A stretch of 60,667 nt of DNA from Trueperaceae bacterium (GCA_036381675.1 DASVCK010000079.1:1-60667); one strand, 5' to 3'. Counted from the stretch's first letter, positions 9,555-20,502 are shown. Notes: generated by a model from the sequence alone, not told the origin. A program made the numbers and translations.

Positions 9555-9736
9555 CTAAGTTCCTCCCAACCTGGTCCTTGGCTTGGTAGTCCTCACCCGC
9601 CGCAAGGGAGCGGGTGGGTGCCGATTTGCCGTATCCGACGCGACAATGATAGGCGCGACCAAAGTGGGTGTCAACGAAGGGAACCTCACGACCGCGGCCA
9701 CGGGAGCACGGCTATCCTCGCCTCCGGAGGAACTAC

Positions 9737-10804
9737 ATGCCCAAGCCACGTATCGCGTTCTCCCTCTGCGCCCTGGCCATCGCCGCGGTGCTCGCGGCCT
9801 GTAGCCAGCCGCAGTCGCCGGCCCTGACGGCCGACGACGTGCAGAAGGACCTCGACTCGCTGCAGTCCGGTGCCATGACCGTACTCGGCGACGCCAGCCT
9901 GGCCGATCTGTCGACCCTGCTCGACGGGATCGACGCCTCACCCTTCCTCGCCACCGGACCGGAGCTGCCGAGGGGCGTCTACCAGTACGACCCCGTGGCG
10001 GTCGCATGGGACCTCGTCGAGCCGTCCGACGATCTGGAGCTCCACTGGGAGGTCCAGGGCACCGGTGAGGCCGCGCTGCTCGTCGTCGACTGGGACGCCA
10101 GCGCGGCCACGGTCGTGCGCACCCTCCCTGGCGACGACGACGTCGAGCTGCCGCAGGGCGCCAGCGTCGTGCTGTCCCTCGACTCCGTGGTGGTTGCCTC
10201 GTTCGACCAGACGGCCGACTGGCCGCTCAACGCCTGCGGCTACCTGACCGAGCCGGGCTCCTTCCACGTCAGCGGTTCCGTGGCGTCGAGCGGCACCACG
10301 CTCACGGTCGACGAGACCGGGATCGCGATCTCGGGCACCGGGGCGGACGTGGACGTCGAGTCGCAGGGCGGGCTCGAGGTCGCCTCGGCCTCCGGCAGCG
10401 CCTGGCTGGACTGGACGCTTGGCCTCGCCCTCACCGCCACTCGCGACGACGTGACCTGCGCGATCGTCGACGCCGAGGTGAAGTCCGGCCACGTCGCGGT
10501 GGACCTGGGCGTGCAGACGCCCACCGAGGACGCCAGCGTCGGCTTCGCGACGAACTTCGCCATCAACCTGCCCCAGGCGGCGGGCGACCCCACGACTCTG
10601 AGCCTCTCGGCGGGCCGGCTGACCCTCGACGGCACGCTGGCCGTCACCTGGGCCGGTGTGCTCGACGACTCCAATGCCAACGGCGTGCCGGGCGAGAACC
10701 TGACACTGACGTTCGCCGACGGCACCATGACCCTCGAGGAGTTCCTGACCGAGCACTACGCGCCGCTCATGGTGGCGGCCCGGGTGGCCAAAGCCCTGCG
10801 CTAG
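9737..10804 (+). CDS. Lipoprotein of unknown function
   Basis: MPKPRIAFSLCALAIAAVLAAC|SQ has a lipobox (LAAC). GGAGG lies 6 nt upstream of ATG 9737. The mature protein is acidic and rich in Thr, Ser, Val, Gly and Ala, and I recognise no domain. The track ORF (9668) over-extends. Confidence 0.7.
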   Translation: MPKPRIAFSLCALAIAAVLAACSQPQSPALTADDVQKDLDSLQSGAMTVLGDASLADLSTLLDGIDASPFLATGPELPRGVYQYDPVAVAWDLVEPSDDLELHWEVQGTGEAALLVVDWDASAATVVRTLPGDDDVELPQGASVVLSLDSVVVASFDQTADWPLNACGYLTEPGSFHVSGSVASSGTTLTVDETGIAISGTGADVDVESQGGLEVASASGSAWLDWTLGLALTATRDDVTCAIVDAEVKSGHVAVDLGVQTPTEDASVGFATNFAINLPQAAGDPTTLSLSAGRLTLDGTLAVTWAGVLDDSNANGVPGENLTLTFADGTMTLEEFLTEHYAPLMVAARVAKALR

Positions 10805-10921
10805 ACAGAACTGCTGGGAGCCCGCGCCGAACGCGTCAGGACGCAGGCCGGGCTCCCCGCACTTTGGGCTCCCCGCACTAAGGGTCGTCCGGATCCCCTT
10901 GGATCCGGACTGTCATCCTCT

Positions 10922-11809
10922 TCAATCGTCCCGCGGATCGAGGGCGTCCCTGAGCCCGTCGCCGAAGAGGTTGAACGCCAGCACCGTGAAGAAGATCGAC
11001 AGGCCGGGGTAGATCGCCATCCACGGCGCCTGCACGAGGAAGTTCTTGGCGGTGTTGAGCATGCCGCCCCAACTGGGCGTGGGCGGTTGCACGCCGAGGC
11101 CGAGGAACGACAGCGCCGACTCGGCAATGACGGCCTGGGCGATCGTCAACGTGGCCTGCACGAGCAGCGGGGCGACGCAGTTGGGCAGGACGTGCCGCCA
11201 GATGATGCGGGCGCCCGTCGCGCCCAGCGCCCGCGCGGCCGTGACGAACTCCTCGGCGCCCACGGCCAGCACCTGAGCGCGCGTCAGGCGTATGAACGTG
11301 GGCGTGGTGGCGATGCCGATCGCGATCATGGCGTTCGTCAAGCTGGGCCCCAACGCCGCGGCCATGGCGATGGCCAGTATCAGGAACGGGAACGAGAGCA
11401 CGGCGTCGGTGAGGCGCATGATGAGCTCGTCGAGCGCCCCGCGGTAGAAACCGGAGACAAGGCCCAACGGCACGCCCAGCCCCGTCGCGATGAGCACCGA
11501 GATCACGCCGGCCAGCAGACTGGCCCTCGCTCCGTAGATCGTGCGCGTGAGGACGTCTCTGCCTATCTCGTCGGTGCCGAACCGGTACTCGGCGCTGGGC
11601 GGCTGCCTGACGTTGGCGAAGTCCGGTTTGGCTGGGTCGTACGGCGCCAGCACCGGCGCGAGCGCGGCCACGACCACGAAGAGCAGCACGACCAGCGCGC
11701 CGATGACGGCGGGCGGGCGCTTGAAGAGTCGCGACAGGGGTCGCCCGAACGGCCCGCCCGTCGGGGCCGCCGTCTCGACGGGTCGCTCCACCCTGACGGT
11801 CACGCTCAC
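10922..11809 (-). CDS. Peptide/nickel-type ABC permease (DppC/OppC-like)
   Basis: ...YDPAKPDF...RFGTDEIGRDVLTRTIYGARASL... is the typical DppC N-terminal region plus a BPD_transp_1 core. GTG 11809 overlaps the dppB-like stop (GTGA). Confidence 0.85.
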   Translation of the reverse strand: MSVTVRVERPVETAAPTGGPFGRPLSRLFKRPPAVIGALVVLLFVVVAALAPVLAPYDPAKPDFANVRQPPSAEYRFGTDEIGRDVLTRTIYGARASLLAGVISVLIATGLGVPLGLVSGFYRGALDELIMRLTDAVLSFPFLILAIAMAAALGPSLTNAMIAIGIATTPTFIRLTRAQVLAVGAEEFVTAARALGATGARIIWRHVLPNCVAPLLVQATLTIAQAVIAESALSFLGLGVQPPTPSWGGMLNTAKNFLVQAPWMAIYPGLSIFFTVLAFNLFGDGLRDALDPRDD

Positions 11810-12750
11810 TTCGCGCCGATCCTGGGGTCGAGGACCGCGTAGGTCAGGTCCACCAGCAGGTTGATGAGTATGTACGAGGTGGCCGTGATGAGGACGACGC
11901 CCTGCACGACCGCGTAGTCGCGGTTGAAGACGGCGTCGACGATCAGCTTGCCGAAGCCCGGGATCGTGAAGACCTGCTCGGTGAGGACGGCTCCGGACAA
12001 GAGCGCGCCCAGCTGGAGGCCCAGGATCGTCGTCACCGGGATCAGGGCGTTGCGCGCGGCGTGCCTGATCACCACCGCAGCGCCGCGCTGGCCCTTGGCG
12101 TGGGCCGTCCTCACGAAGTCCTGCTTCAGGACGCCCAGCATCGACGAGCGCATCTGGCGCATGAGCACCGCCGCCAGGCCGGTGCCCAGGACGAAGGCGG
12201 GCATGATCATGCGCTTGACGTTCTCCCACACGCCCTCTGAGAGAGGCACGTAGCCCGAAGCAGGCAGCCAGCCGAGGCGCACGGAGACGAAGAGGATGAG
12301 CATGATGCCGAGCCAGAAGTTGGGCACGGACAGGCCGGTGAGCGCCGCCATGGTGGAGCCGTAGTCGATGGCTGTACCCCGCCTGACCGCGGCGAGCATG
12401 CCCAGGGGCAGGGCGATCGCGACCGCGACGAGGAGCGAGAGCAGGGCGAGCTCGATCGTGACGGGCAGCTTCGCCGCGATCAGGTCGAGCACCCGTTCGT
12501 TCGTCCGCAACGACCGGCCCAGGTCGCCCCGCGCAAGCTGGGCGACCCAGGCCAGGTACTGCACCGGCAGCGGGTCGTTGAGCCGGTACTTCTCCCTGAT
12601 GAAGGCGATGACCTCGGGATCTTGCTGCTCACCCGCCAGGATCAGCGCCGGATCGCCCGGCAGCGAGCGCTGGATGCCGAAGACCATCACCGTCACCAGG
12701 AACAGCGTGGGTATGGCGGTCAGCGCTCGCCGCCCGACGAATGGGAGCAC
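11806..12750 (-). CDS. Peptide/nickel-type ABC permease (DppB/OppB-like)
   Basis: MLPFVGRRALTAIPTLFLVTVMVFGIQRSLPGDPA... and ...DLTYAVLDPRI are typical DppB termini. Confidence 0.9.
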   Translation of the reverse strand: MLPFVGRRALTAIPTLFLVTVMVFGIQRSLPGDPALILAGEQQDPEVIAFIREKYRLNDPLPVQYLAWVAQLARGDLGRSLRTNERVLDLIAAKLPVTIELALLSLLVAVAIALPLGMLAAVRRGTAIDYGSTMAALTGLSVPNFWLGIMLILFVSVRLGWLPASGYVPLSEGVWENVKRMIMPAFVLGTGLAAVLMRQMRSSMLGVLKQDFVRTAHAKGQRGAAVVIRHAARNALIPVTTILGLQLGALLSGAVLTEQVFTIPGFGKLIVDAVFNRDYAVVQGVVLITATSYILINLLVDLTYAVLDPRIGAK

Positions 12751-12771
12751 CGGTCCTCCTCTTAGGTCACC

Positions 12772-14283
12772 CTACTGGAGGCTCACCCCCTGGAGCCTGA
12801 TCAGGCCGTCCGGGTAGGCCTGGAACCCCTGCACGGCCGCAGTATGCGGGAAGAACAACTGCGTGTGATACAGGTAGATGATGTGCCTGTCGGGCAAGTA
12901 GCGTTCCAGCGCCTGCCTGTACAGCTCGAAGCGATCATCGTTGTTGCCCGCCGCCCGCGCTTCGTTGAGAAGCCTGTCGACCTCGGGGTCGCAGAAGCCG
13001 GACTCGTTCAGCGCGCCTTCACAGGTGTGGAACTGGTGGATGTTCCCGTCAGGGTCGATGCGCCCCGACCAGCCCACCGGGAACGCCGCGTACTGCCCCT
13101 GCTCCTGGAGGTCGAGCGCCGTAGCGAACTCGGTCGCCCGCAGGGTGATGTCGAAGCCGACCTCGCCGGCCATGGCCTGGATGACCTCGCCGACCCTGAT
13201 GGCCTCGGGGTTGTTGGCCACCATCATCTCGAACGGCACGCGGTCGACGCCGGCCTCGTCGAGAAGCGCGCGGGCGCGCTCGACGTCACGTTCGGGCACG
13301 GGCATGTCGGCGACGTACCAGGGGCTCGACGGCGGGACGGGCTGGTTCCCGACGATGAACTCGCCGCCGAACACGACGTCGTTGATGGTGTTGCGGTCGA
13401 TGGCGAGCTCCAGGGCCTCGCGGACGCGTACGTCGCTGGACAGCGGGTCGGTCCTCGGCTCGGGGTTGCTCAGGTTGACCGTGATGCCCTGGTAGCCCAG
13501 GCTTGCGACGCTCGGCACGACGAGGTTGGAATCCGCGCGCATGACCGTGAGGTCCGTGGGGGCGGGCCTCTCGATCATCTGGAGGTCGCCGGACTGAAGG
13601 TTCGCCAGGCGCACGCTGCTGTCCGGGATGGGCAGGAACACGACACGGTCGATGGAGATCGCGTCGGCGTCCCAGTAGTCCTCGAAGCGCTCCAGGACGA
13701 TGCGGTCCTGGGCCACGCGCTCAACGAAGCGGAACGGCCCGGCGCACACGGGCGCGTTGCCGAACTCCTCGCCGGCCGCCTCGGCGGCGGTCGGGGAGAC
13801 GATCATGCCCGCTCTGTCCGCGAGCTGCGCGATGAGCGGCGAGAACGGCGTGCTGAGGTGCAGCTCGACCGTGTCCTCGTCGACGACGGTGACGGACTCG
13901 AGCTGCTCGAGCTCGCTCGCCCGGTTCGAGCCTGGCAGGTTCTTCGCCCGGTCGAGGCTGTACTTGACGGCCTCGGCGTCCATGGCCGTGCCGTCGTGGA
14001 ACAGCACGCCCTGCCGTATGTCTATGGTCACGGTCAGGCCGTCATCTGACACCGTGTAGCCCGTCGCGAGTTGCGGCACGACGGTGGCCGACGTGTCGAT
14101 GTCGAAGAGCTTGTCGCACAGGCTGGCGAACACGATGCGCCCCACGTAGGTGCGGGCCAGCGCCGGGTCGAGGATGTCTGGGTCCTCGGCCAGGCCGATG
14201 CGCAACGTCGTCTGGGCGAGCGCGGCGGAGAACAGCGCCGCGGCGGCCAGTATCGCGAACGAACGTCGGACGTACCTACCCAT
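12772..14283 (-). CDS. ABC substrate-binding protein, family 5 (peptide/nickel/glutathione type)
   Basis: Signal peptide MGRYVRRSFAILAAAALFSAALAQ followed by TLRIGLAEDPDILDPA (SBP_bac_5-like). ATG 14283 with GGGAGGGG upstream. Confidence 0.88.
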   Translation of the reverse strand: MGRYVRRSFAILAAAALFSAALAQTTLRIGLAEDPDILDPALARTYVGRIVFASLCDKLFDIDTSATVVPQLATGYTVSDDGLTVTIDIRQGVLFHDGTAMDAEAVKYSLDRAKNLPGSNRASELEQLESVTVVDEDTVELHLSTPFSPLIAQLADRAGMIVSPTAAEAAGEEFGNAPVCAGPFRFVERVAQDRIVLERFEDYWDADAISIDRVVFLPIPDSSVRLANLQSGDLQMIERPAPTDLTVMRADSNLVVPSVASLGYQGITVNLSNPEPRTDPLSSDVRVREALELAIDRNTINDVVFGGEFIVGNQPVPPSSPWYVADMPVPERDVERARALLDEAGVDRVPFEMMVANNPEAIRVGEVIQAMAGEVGFDITLRATEFATALDLQEQGQYAAFPVGWSGRIDPDGNIHQFHTCEGALNESGFCDPEVDRLLNEARAAGNNDDRFELYRQALERYLPDRHIIYLYHTQLFFPHTAAVQGFQAYPDGLIRLQGVSLQ

Positions 14284-14527
14284 ATGCCCCTCCCGGCGCG
14301 GGCCAGCCATGCGAGGCATGCGACGCTCGCTGGTGCCCGTACTTATCCTTCGCGCGAAGAGTAGTACGCATCACGACGCATGGTCAACAAAATCAGGACG
14401 CAGGGCTGCGCGATGCGCACCTGAGCCGCGTGCGAAGTATGCTCACTCGAGATGACACCTGAGAGGCTAGAGGGTCGGCACGGGCCTTGGGAACGGCGAG
14501 CGCCCCCGCCAGGACCGGAGGCGAGAC

Positions 14528-15004
14528 TTGCGCATCGATGACCTGGACAAGAACATCATCGTGGCCCTCGAGGAGGACGGCAGGCGCCCGTATCGGGATA
14601 TCGCCCGCGACCTCGCGGTGGCGGAGGCCACGGTCAGGTCGCGCGTCAACCGGCTGTCCGAGGCCGGGCTCATCCGGATCACCGCCGTAGGAGACCCGCT
14701 GACGCTGGGCGTGAACACGGGTGCGATCACGCTCATCCGGACGCGACCCGGCACCGTTCACGACGTAGCCGGCTCACTGGCGCAGCTGCCCAACGTTCGT
14801 TTCGTAGGCGTGTCGCTCGGTTCTGCCGACATCGTGATCCAGACCTTGCACCGCGACATCAAGGCCCTGCACGACTTCGTCGCCACCGAGCTGCCGCGCG
14901 TGGCGCCGGACATCGTCAGCACGGAGACCCTGCAGCTGGCCGACGTCCTGAAGAGCTCGTGGGAGTGGCGGACCTGGTTCGCGGAGGCCGGCAACGGTGA
15001 GTGA
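14528..15004 (+). CDS. Lrp/AsnC family transcriptional regulator
   Basis: LDKNIIVALEEDGRRPYRDIARDLAVAEATVRSRVNRLSEAGLI (HTH_AsnC) plus a C-terminal AsnC_trans_reg-like half. TTG start with GGAGG upstream. Confidence 0.88.
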   Translation: MRIDDLDKNIIVALEEDGRRPYRDIARDLAVAEATVRSRVNRLSEAGLIRITAVGDPLTLGVNTGAITLIRTRPGTVHDVAGSLAQLPNVRFVGVSLGSADIVIQTLHRDIKALHDFVATELPRVAPDIVSTETLQLADVLKSSWEWRTWFAEAGNGE

Positions 15005-16604
15005 CCCCGCCTACTCCCCCGGCTGGGAGTTGCCGTACCCGTCCGCCAGGCAGCCGGTCATGGCCGAGGACGTCGTGGCCGCCTCCCAGCCGCTGGCCAC
15101 TCAGGCCGGCTTGGAGATGCTGCGCAGCGGCGGCAACGCCGTTGACGCCGCGATCGCCACCGCTGCCGCCCTCGTCGTCGTCGAGCCGACCGGCAACGGT
15201 CTCGGCTCGGACGCGTTCGTGATCGTCTGGGACGGAGCGCGGTTGCACGGTCTCAACGCGTCGGGCCGCTCACCCGGCGCGCTCGTGCCCGAGCGCTACC
15301 TCGGCTCCGATGAGGTGCCGCGGGTGGGCTGGGACGCCGTAACGGTCCCGGCTGCCGTAGCGGGCTGGCGGGCACTGTCTTCCCGCTTCGGTCGCCTGCC
15401 GTTCGCGCGACTGCTGGAGCCGGCCGTGCGCTACGCGGAGCACGGCCATCCGGTCGCGCCCGGCATCGCCGCCCAGTGGGCACGAGCCGCCACCGTTCTC
15501 GGCGCACGAAGAGACTTCGCGGCGGCGTTCACGGTAGGGGGCGAGGCGCCGGCGGCGGGTCGCATGTGGCGCTCGGCAGAGCAGGCGCGCTCGCTGAAGC
15601 TGATCGCCGAGACCGAGGGCGAGGCCCTCTACACCGGGGAGCTGGCGGACGCGTTCCTCGCGCACGCGAGGAGCGAGGGGGCGCGGTTCACCGAGGCCGA
15701 CCTCGCCGACAACAAGCCCGACTGGGTGGACACGGTGTCGACCAGCTTCGGCGGTTTCGAGCTGCATGAGCTGCCGCCCAACGGCCAAGGCATCGCGGCG
15801 CTCCAGGCCCTCGAGCTCGCGCGGCTAGCGGGCATCGAGGACACCGAGATCGACAGCGTCGACTGGGTGCATATCCAGGTGGAGGCGATGAAGGTGGCGT
15901 TCGCCGATGCCCACCGCTACGTCTCCGACCCACGTCACATGGACGTCTCGCCGGACGCTCTCATGGACGAGGGATACCTCCGGGAACGCGCCCGCCTCAT
16001 CGACCCTAAGTCCGCCGGCGACCCGGGCCACGGCGCGCCCCGCCCGGGAGGGACCGTCTACCTGTGCGCCGCCGACTCGAGCGGCATGATGGTCTCGTTC
16101 ATCCAGTCGAACTACCGCGGGTTCGGCTCGGGCGTCGTGGTCCCTGGCACAGGCATCGCGCTCAACAACCGCGGCAACGGGTTCTCGACCAAGGCGGGGC
16201 ACCCCAACGCGGTAGCGCCTGGCAAGAGGCCGTACAACACGATCATCCCCGGCATGCTCACGTCCGGAGGCCGAGCAGTCGCCGCCCTGGGCGTCATGGG
16301 CGGACCCATGCAGCCTCAGGGTCACCTGCAGGTGGTCCTGCGCATGGTCCAGGGGCAGCAGAACCCCCAGGCAGCCAGCGACGCGCCGCGCTGGCAGGTG
16401 ACCGGCGGCAGGGGCCTATGGCTGGAGCCGGGCTTCCGCCCAGACGTCGTCGAGGAGCTCGCGAGGCGCGGCCATGAGGTGCGCGTCGCGGAGAAGAGGG
16501 AGTCGTTGGCGTTCGGGGGCGCGCAGATCATCGCGCGTCTGCCCGATGCGGGCTACGTCGCTGGCAGCGATCACAGGAAGGACGGTCAGGCAGCCGGCTT
16601 CTGA
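14997..16604 (+). CDS. ggt: Gamma-glutamyltransferase family protein
   Basis: QPLATQAGLEMLRSGGNAVDAAIATAAALVVVEPTGNGLGSDAF..., GGTVYLCAAD (Thr nucleophile context), PYNTIIPGM, MGGPMQPQGH. Overlaps the Lrp stop by 8 nt. Confidence 0.9.
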   Translation: MSDPAYSPGWELPYPSARQPVMAEDVVAASQPLATQAGLEMLRSGGNAVDAAIATAAALVVVEPTGNGLGSDAFVIVWDGARLHGLNASGRSPGALVPERYLGSDEVPRVGWDAVTVPAAVAGWRALSSRFGRLPFARLLEPAVRYAEHGHPVAPGIAAQWARAATVLGARRDFAAAFTVGGEAPAAGRMWRSAEQARSLKLIAETEGEALYTGELADAFLAHARSEGARFTEADLADNKPDWVDTVSTSFGGFELHELPPNGQGIAALQALELARLAGIEDTEIDSVDWVHIQVEAMKVAFADAHRYVSDPRHMDVSPDALMDEGYLRERARLIDPKSAGDPGHGAPRPGGTVYLCAADSSGMMVSFIQSNYRGFGSGVVVPGTGIALNNRGNGFSTKAGHPNAVAPGKRPYNTIIPGMLTSGGRAVAALGVMGGPMQPQGHLQVVLRMVQGQQNPQAASDAPRWQVTGGRGLWLEPGFRPDVVEELARRGHEVRVAEKRESLAFGGAQIIARLPDAGYVAGSDHRKDGQAAGF

Positions 16605-16684
16605 CATGTAACGCCGGCGTCACGCCTGCCGAGGTCATCTATGGATCTGAGGGCGCGACCATGCGCCCCGAGGGGAGGCCCAGG

Positions 16685-17593
16685 ATGTACCTGGTCGTCG
16701 GAGCCACGGGATCTTTGGGTGGCCAGATCGCGAAGAAGCTGCTGGCCGCCGGCGAGCGCGTGAGGATCGTCGAGCGCGACAGCAACCCGGTCCGCGAGCA
16801 GAACCCGCACACCGATCCGCGCGAGCTCGTCGCCGCGGGGGCAGAGACCGTGCGAGCGGACCTGCGGGAACCCGGCAGCCTGGCGGAGGCGGTGAGGGGT
16901 GTTGACGTCGTGGTGAGCACGGCCTCGGGCACGAAGCGCGCGCCGCCAGACACCACCGCGGCCGTAGACGGCGAAGGCACCGCGAACCTCGCTCGGGCCG
17001 CGGCGCGAGCAGGCGTGAGGCGGTTCGTGCTCGTCTCGGCGGCCGGCGCCGATCCGAACGCGCCCGAGGGGCTGTTCCGCGACAAGGGCATAGGCGCGCA
17101 GGCGGTGGCCGACAGCGGCGTGCCGTACGTGATCGTCAGGCCAGGCCGCTACATGCGCGACTGGGTCGGCTTCCTGATAGGCACTCAGGCACGGATGGGT
17201 GACGTCGTCGAGCTGGTGGGCGACGGCACCAAGCCCTCCTCGTTCGTACACGAGCCCGACGTCGCCGAGATCGTGTTCCACATCGCGCGCGACGCTGCCA
17301 GGGTGGCCGGCGAAGAGGTCGAGGTCTCCACGGAGACGGCGACCTACCCGGACATCGTCGAGCGCATGGGACGGGCGCTGGGCAGACAGCTGAGGGTCAA
17401 GCACGTGCCCGTGGGCGGCCAGCTCACGACGCTGCCGGAAGCGGTCGGCGGCATCGTCGGGCATCTTCTTACCGTCCACGCCATGGCTCCGGCCCACGTC
17501 AACGTGGACCGGACGGAGGCCGAGCGTTACGGCGTACGGCTCACCGGGCTCGACACCTTCATGTCGCAGATGGCGCAGCCCCAGCCGGCCTGA
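16685..17593 (+). CDS. NmrA-like/atypical SDR NAD(P)-binding protein
   Basis: [29 protein letters not shown] is a Rossmann GxxGxxG motif. ATG 16685 with GGGGAGG upstream. Confidence 0.8.
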   Translation: MYLVVGATGSLGGQIAKKLLAAGERVRIVERDSNPVREQNPHTDPRELVAAGAETVRADLREPGSLAEAVRGVDVVVSTASGTKRAPPDTTAAVDGEGTANLARAAARAGVRRFVLVSAAGADPNAPEGLFRDKGIGAQAVADSGVPYVIVRPGRYMRDWVGFLIGTQARMGDVVELVGDGTKPSSFVHEPDVAEIVFHIARDAARVAGEEVEVSTETATYPDIVERMGRALGRQLRVKHVPVGGQLTTLPEAVGGIVGHLLTVHAMAPAHVNVDRTEAERYGVRLTGLDTFMSQMAQPQPA

Positions 17594-19925
17594 GCCCCTG
17601 CGTGCGCCGGCGGGGGCGAGCCCCGCCGGCGCCGAACCGCCGCAGCCTGAGGGCGTTGCCCACCACGAACACGCTCGAAACCCCCATGGCGGCAGCCGCG
17701 AGCATGGGGGACATGAGGATGCCGAGGCTCGGGTAGAGCACCCCCGCGGCCACCGGGATCAGCACGACGTTGTACGCGAACGCCCAGAACAGGTTCTGCC
17801 TGATGTTGCGAAGCACGGCCCGCGAGAGCCGGAGGGCCGTGGGTACGGCATGCACGTCGCCCGCCATGAGCACGACGTCGGCCGCCTCGATGGCTACGTC
17901 GGTGCCGGTCCCGAGGGCCACGCCGACGTCCGCCGCCGCCAACGCCGGCGCGTCGTTGATGCCGTCGCCGACGAACGCTACTTTCGTGCCTGCGCTTTGG
18001 AGCGTGACGACGACGTCGGCCTTGTCGCCCGGCAGAACCTCGGCCCTGACGTCGTCGATCCCGAGGCGACGTGCGACGGCAGCTGCTGTCCGCGCGTCGT
18101 CCCCGGTGACCATCACCGTCCTCACCCCGCTGGCGCGCAGCCCCTCCAGCGCCCCGTAGGCCGACTCTTTGACCGGGTCGGAGACGGCCAGCACCGCGAG
18201 CGCCTCCAAGTCGTGCGCCGGCTCGAGCCGTGCCGCGAGGAACATGGGCGTCTTGCCGGCCTCTGCCAGCTCGGTACCCAGCTCGCGCAGCGTGCCCAGC
18301 TCGACGCCACGCTCGGCGAGGTAACGAGCTGATCCCACGAGGACCTCGCTCCCGTCCACGGTGCCGCGCACGCCGCGGCCGGTGACGGCCTCGAAACTGG
18401 AGACCTCATGCCGCGGCGCGCCCTCTTCCTGCGCAGCGCTCACGATGGCCCGGGCCAACGGGTGCTCGCTGGGCCCCTCGACGGCCGCCGCGAGCGCTAG
18501 CGCCTCGGGCCGACCCACACGTGCGTCCCTTGCCAGGACCAGGTCGGTCAGCCGCGGTCTCCCCTCCGTGAGAGTGCCGGTCTTGTCGAAGGCCACCACC
18601 TGCGTGCTCGAGAGCGCCTGCAGCGCCACGCCGTTCCGGAACAGGATCCCGAGCTCGGCCGCCTTGCCCGTGCCCACCATGATGGACACCGGCGTGGCCA
18701 GACCCATCGCGCACGGGCACGCGATGATCAGCACGGCCACCGCGTTGACCACGGCCAGTCCGAGCGCGGGCTGCGGTCCGAACGCCAACCAGGCGACGAA
18801 CGTCAGGGCCGCCACGACCAGGACCACCGGCACGAAGACGGCGACGACCCTGTCGAGCAGCGCCTGGATGGGCAGCTTGGCCCCCTGCGCCGCCTGCACC
18901 ATCGCGATGACCTGGGAGAGGAACGTCTCGCTGCCGACCTTGGTCGCCTCGAACCTGAAGCTCGAGTTCCCGTTGACGGTGCCGCCGACGACCTCGTCGC
19001 CGGCTCTCTTGAGGACAGGCGTGGGCTCGCCCGTGACCATCGACTCGTCGACGTATGACTCGCCTGCGCGCACGACGCCATCGACGGCGAGGCGCTCGCC
19101 CGGCCTCACCACGACGTGGTCGCCGCGTCGCACGTCGCTCACCGGCAGCTCCATGGTCTCGCCGTCCCTGACCACGCGGGCCGTGCCGGGCCTGAGCTCC
19201 ATGAGCGCGCGGATCGCGTCGCCCGTGCGGCCCTTCGCCCTCTGCTCGAGGTACCTGCCGAGCAGCACGAGCGTGACGATGACCGCCGACGCCTCGAAGT
19301 ACACGTGCGCCGCGCCCTCCGGCAGCCAACCTGACAGGAACGTCGCGACCGTCGAGTAGCCGAAGGCGGCGCTGGTACCGAGCAGCACCAGTGAGTTCAT
19401 GTCCGGAGTCCGCTTTACTAGCGCCTGCCAGCCGGTGCGAAGGAAGCGGCGGCCGGGACCGAACTGAACGACCGCCGCCAGCGCGAAGAAGGCGAGGTCC
19501 AGTACCCGAGCCGGCACCAGCGACATGAGCCGGGCGTCGAGCGCCGGGACAAGCATGGCCCCCATCTCGAAGACGACGAGGGGCAGTGTGAGGGCGGCCG
19601 CGAAGACGACGTCGCGTCGCAGGGAAGCCAGCTGCGCGGTCCTGGCAGCTTCCTCGGCGGCCAGCCGGTCCTCGCCGCTCGCCTCTATGACCTCGTACCC
19701 GGCCGCTGACACGGCGTCCCGGAGCGCACGCAGGTCGACGAGGTCCGGGAGGTAGACGACGCCGGCGCGCTCGGTCGCCAAGTTGACGTTGGCCTCGACG
19801 ACGCCTTCCACGCGCCCCAGCGCCCGTTCGACGCGGGCGACGCAGGCGGCGCATGTCATGCCGGAGATCGAGAGTTCGGCCTTGGCGGCGGCGTCGCCGC
19901 CCGCCGACTGAGAGTGCGCGGTCAT
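17559..19925 (-). CDS. copA: Copper-translocating P1B-type ATPase
   Basis: N-terminal HMA motif [17 protein letters not shown] motif ([11 protein letters not shown]), phosphorylation site [18 protein letters not shown]. The start ATG 19925 lies 4 nt after the csoR stop. The 3' end overlaps the convergent NmrA-like gene by 35 nt. Confidence 0.93.
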   Translation of the reverse strand: MTAHSQSAGGDAAAKAELSISGMTCAACVARVERALGRVEGVVEANVNLATERAGVVYLPDLVDLRALRDAVSAAGYEVIEASGEDRLAAEEAARTAQLASLRRDVVFAAALTLPLVVFEMGAMLVPALDARLMSLVPARVLDLAFFALAAVVQFGPGRRFLRTGWQALVKRTPDMNSLVLLGTSAAFGYSTVATFLSGWLPEGAAHVYFEASAVIVTLVLLGRYLEQRAKGRTGDAIRALMELRPGTARVVRDGETMELPVSDVRRGDHVVVRPGERLAVDGVVRAGESYVDESMVTGEPTPVLKRAGDEVVGGTVNGNSSFRFEATKVGSETFLSQVIAMVQAAQGAKLPIQALLDRVVAVFVPVVLVVAALTFVAWLAFGPQPALGLAVVNAVAVLIIACPCAMGLATPVSIMVGTGKAAELGILFRNGVALQALSSTQVVAFDKTGTLTEGRPRLTDLVLARDARVGRPEALALAAAVEGPSEHPLARAIVSAAQEEGAPRHEVSSFEAVTGRGVRGTVDGSEVLVGSARYLAERGVELGTLRELGTELAEAGKTPMFLAARLEPAHDLEALAVLAVSDPVKESAYGALEGLRASGVRTVMVTGDDARTAAAVARRLGIDDVRAEVLPGDKADVVVTLQSAGTKVAFVGDGINDAPALAAADVGVALGTGTDVAIEAADVVLMAGDVHAVPTALRLSRAVLRNIRQNLFWAFAYNVVLIPVAAGVLYPSLGILMSPMLAAAAMGVSSVFVVGNALRLRRFGAGGARPRRRTQGLRPAGAAPSAT

Positions 19926-19929
19926 GTGG

Positions 19930-20271
19930 TCAGGCCCGGTACTTGAGGGCTTCCATGAGCTCGTCCACGATGCGGTCGGTGTCGCCACGCGTTGAGGCAG
20001 TGACGACGTGGTCGCGAACATGCGACCTGAGGACGGCCTCGGAGACCTTCTTCATGGCGCCCTGCACCGCGCTGAGTTGCTTGAGCACGTCGACGCAGTA
20101 GACCGACTCGTCCTCGAGCATGCGCAGCACCCCCTCGACGTGCCCGCGCACGCTCTTAAGGCGCAGCGCGGCGTCCTGGCGTGTCTGGGGATCGAGGTGC
20201 AGGCAGTGCGGCGCACCTGGCGCCACGACCGCTGTCGCCCGCTCCATGGCCGGGCTTGCGACGTCGGTCAT
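19930..20271 (-). CDS. csoR: CsoR family metal-sensing transcriptional repressor
   Basis: ...[53 protein letters not shown]... carries the CsoR/DUF156 signature with the C-H-C ligand pattern. ATG 20271 overlaps the copZ stop (TGATG). Confidence 0.9.
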   Translation of the reverse strand: MTDVASPAMERATAVVAPGAPHCLHLDPQTRQDAALRLKSVRGHVEGVLRMLEDESVYCVDVLKQLSAVQGAMKKVSEAVLRSHVRDHVVTASTRGDTDRIVDELMEALKYRA

Positions 20272-20492
20272 CAGCCCACCGTGGCGCGGTAGCCCTCGGC
20301 CTCGACTGCGGCCACCATCCTGGCGGGATCGGCCGTGCCGGTGACAGTGGCCGTGCCGCCGGCGAGGTCGACCACCGCCGCGCTCACGCCCTCCACCTTC
20401 TCCAGCGCGCCCTGTACGGCGGCGGCGCAATGGTTGCAGCTCATGCCCTTGACGTTCAGTCGGGTCTCGTTGGATGCGATGTTTGTGTTCAT
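20271..20492 (-). CDS. copZ: Copper chaperone, HMA domain
   Basis: LNVKGMSCNHCAAAVQGALEKVEGV contains the MxCxxC motif. 73 aa. Confidence 0.9.
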   Translation of the reverse strand: MNTNIASNETRLNVKGMSCNHCAAAVQGALEKVEGVSAAVVDLAGGTATVTGTADPARMVAAVEAEGYRATVG

Positions 20493-20502
20493 GCTGGCAG
20501 CC

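Noticed and set aside
9586-9616. The hairpin CACCCGC-cgcaaggga-GCGGGTG in the SBP/lipoprotein divergent region, as a riboswitch or attenuator
   Set aside because: It is a single short GC hairpin with no recognisable family features, which is common by chance in ~68% GC DNA.
18406-19854. A 482-aa ORF inside copA, on the same strand in an alternative frame, and similar long shadow ORFs elsewhere (30434-32014, 32368-34335, 34414-35460, 42498-43751, 55934-57730, 5692-7707, 12844-14049)
   Set aside because: Low-complexity R/G/P/A/D composition. Each fully overlaps a gene with strong family signatures, either on the same strand in another frame or on the opposite strand. High-GC genomes keep non-coding frames open.
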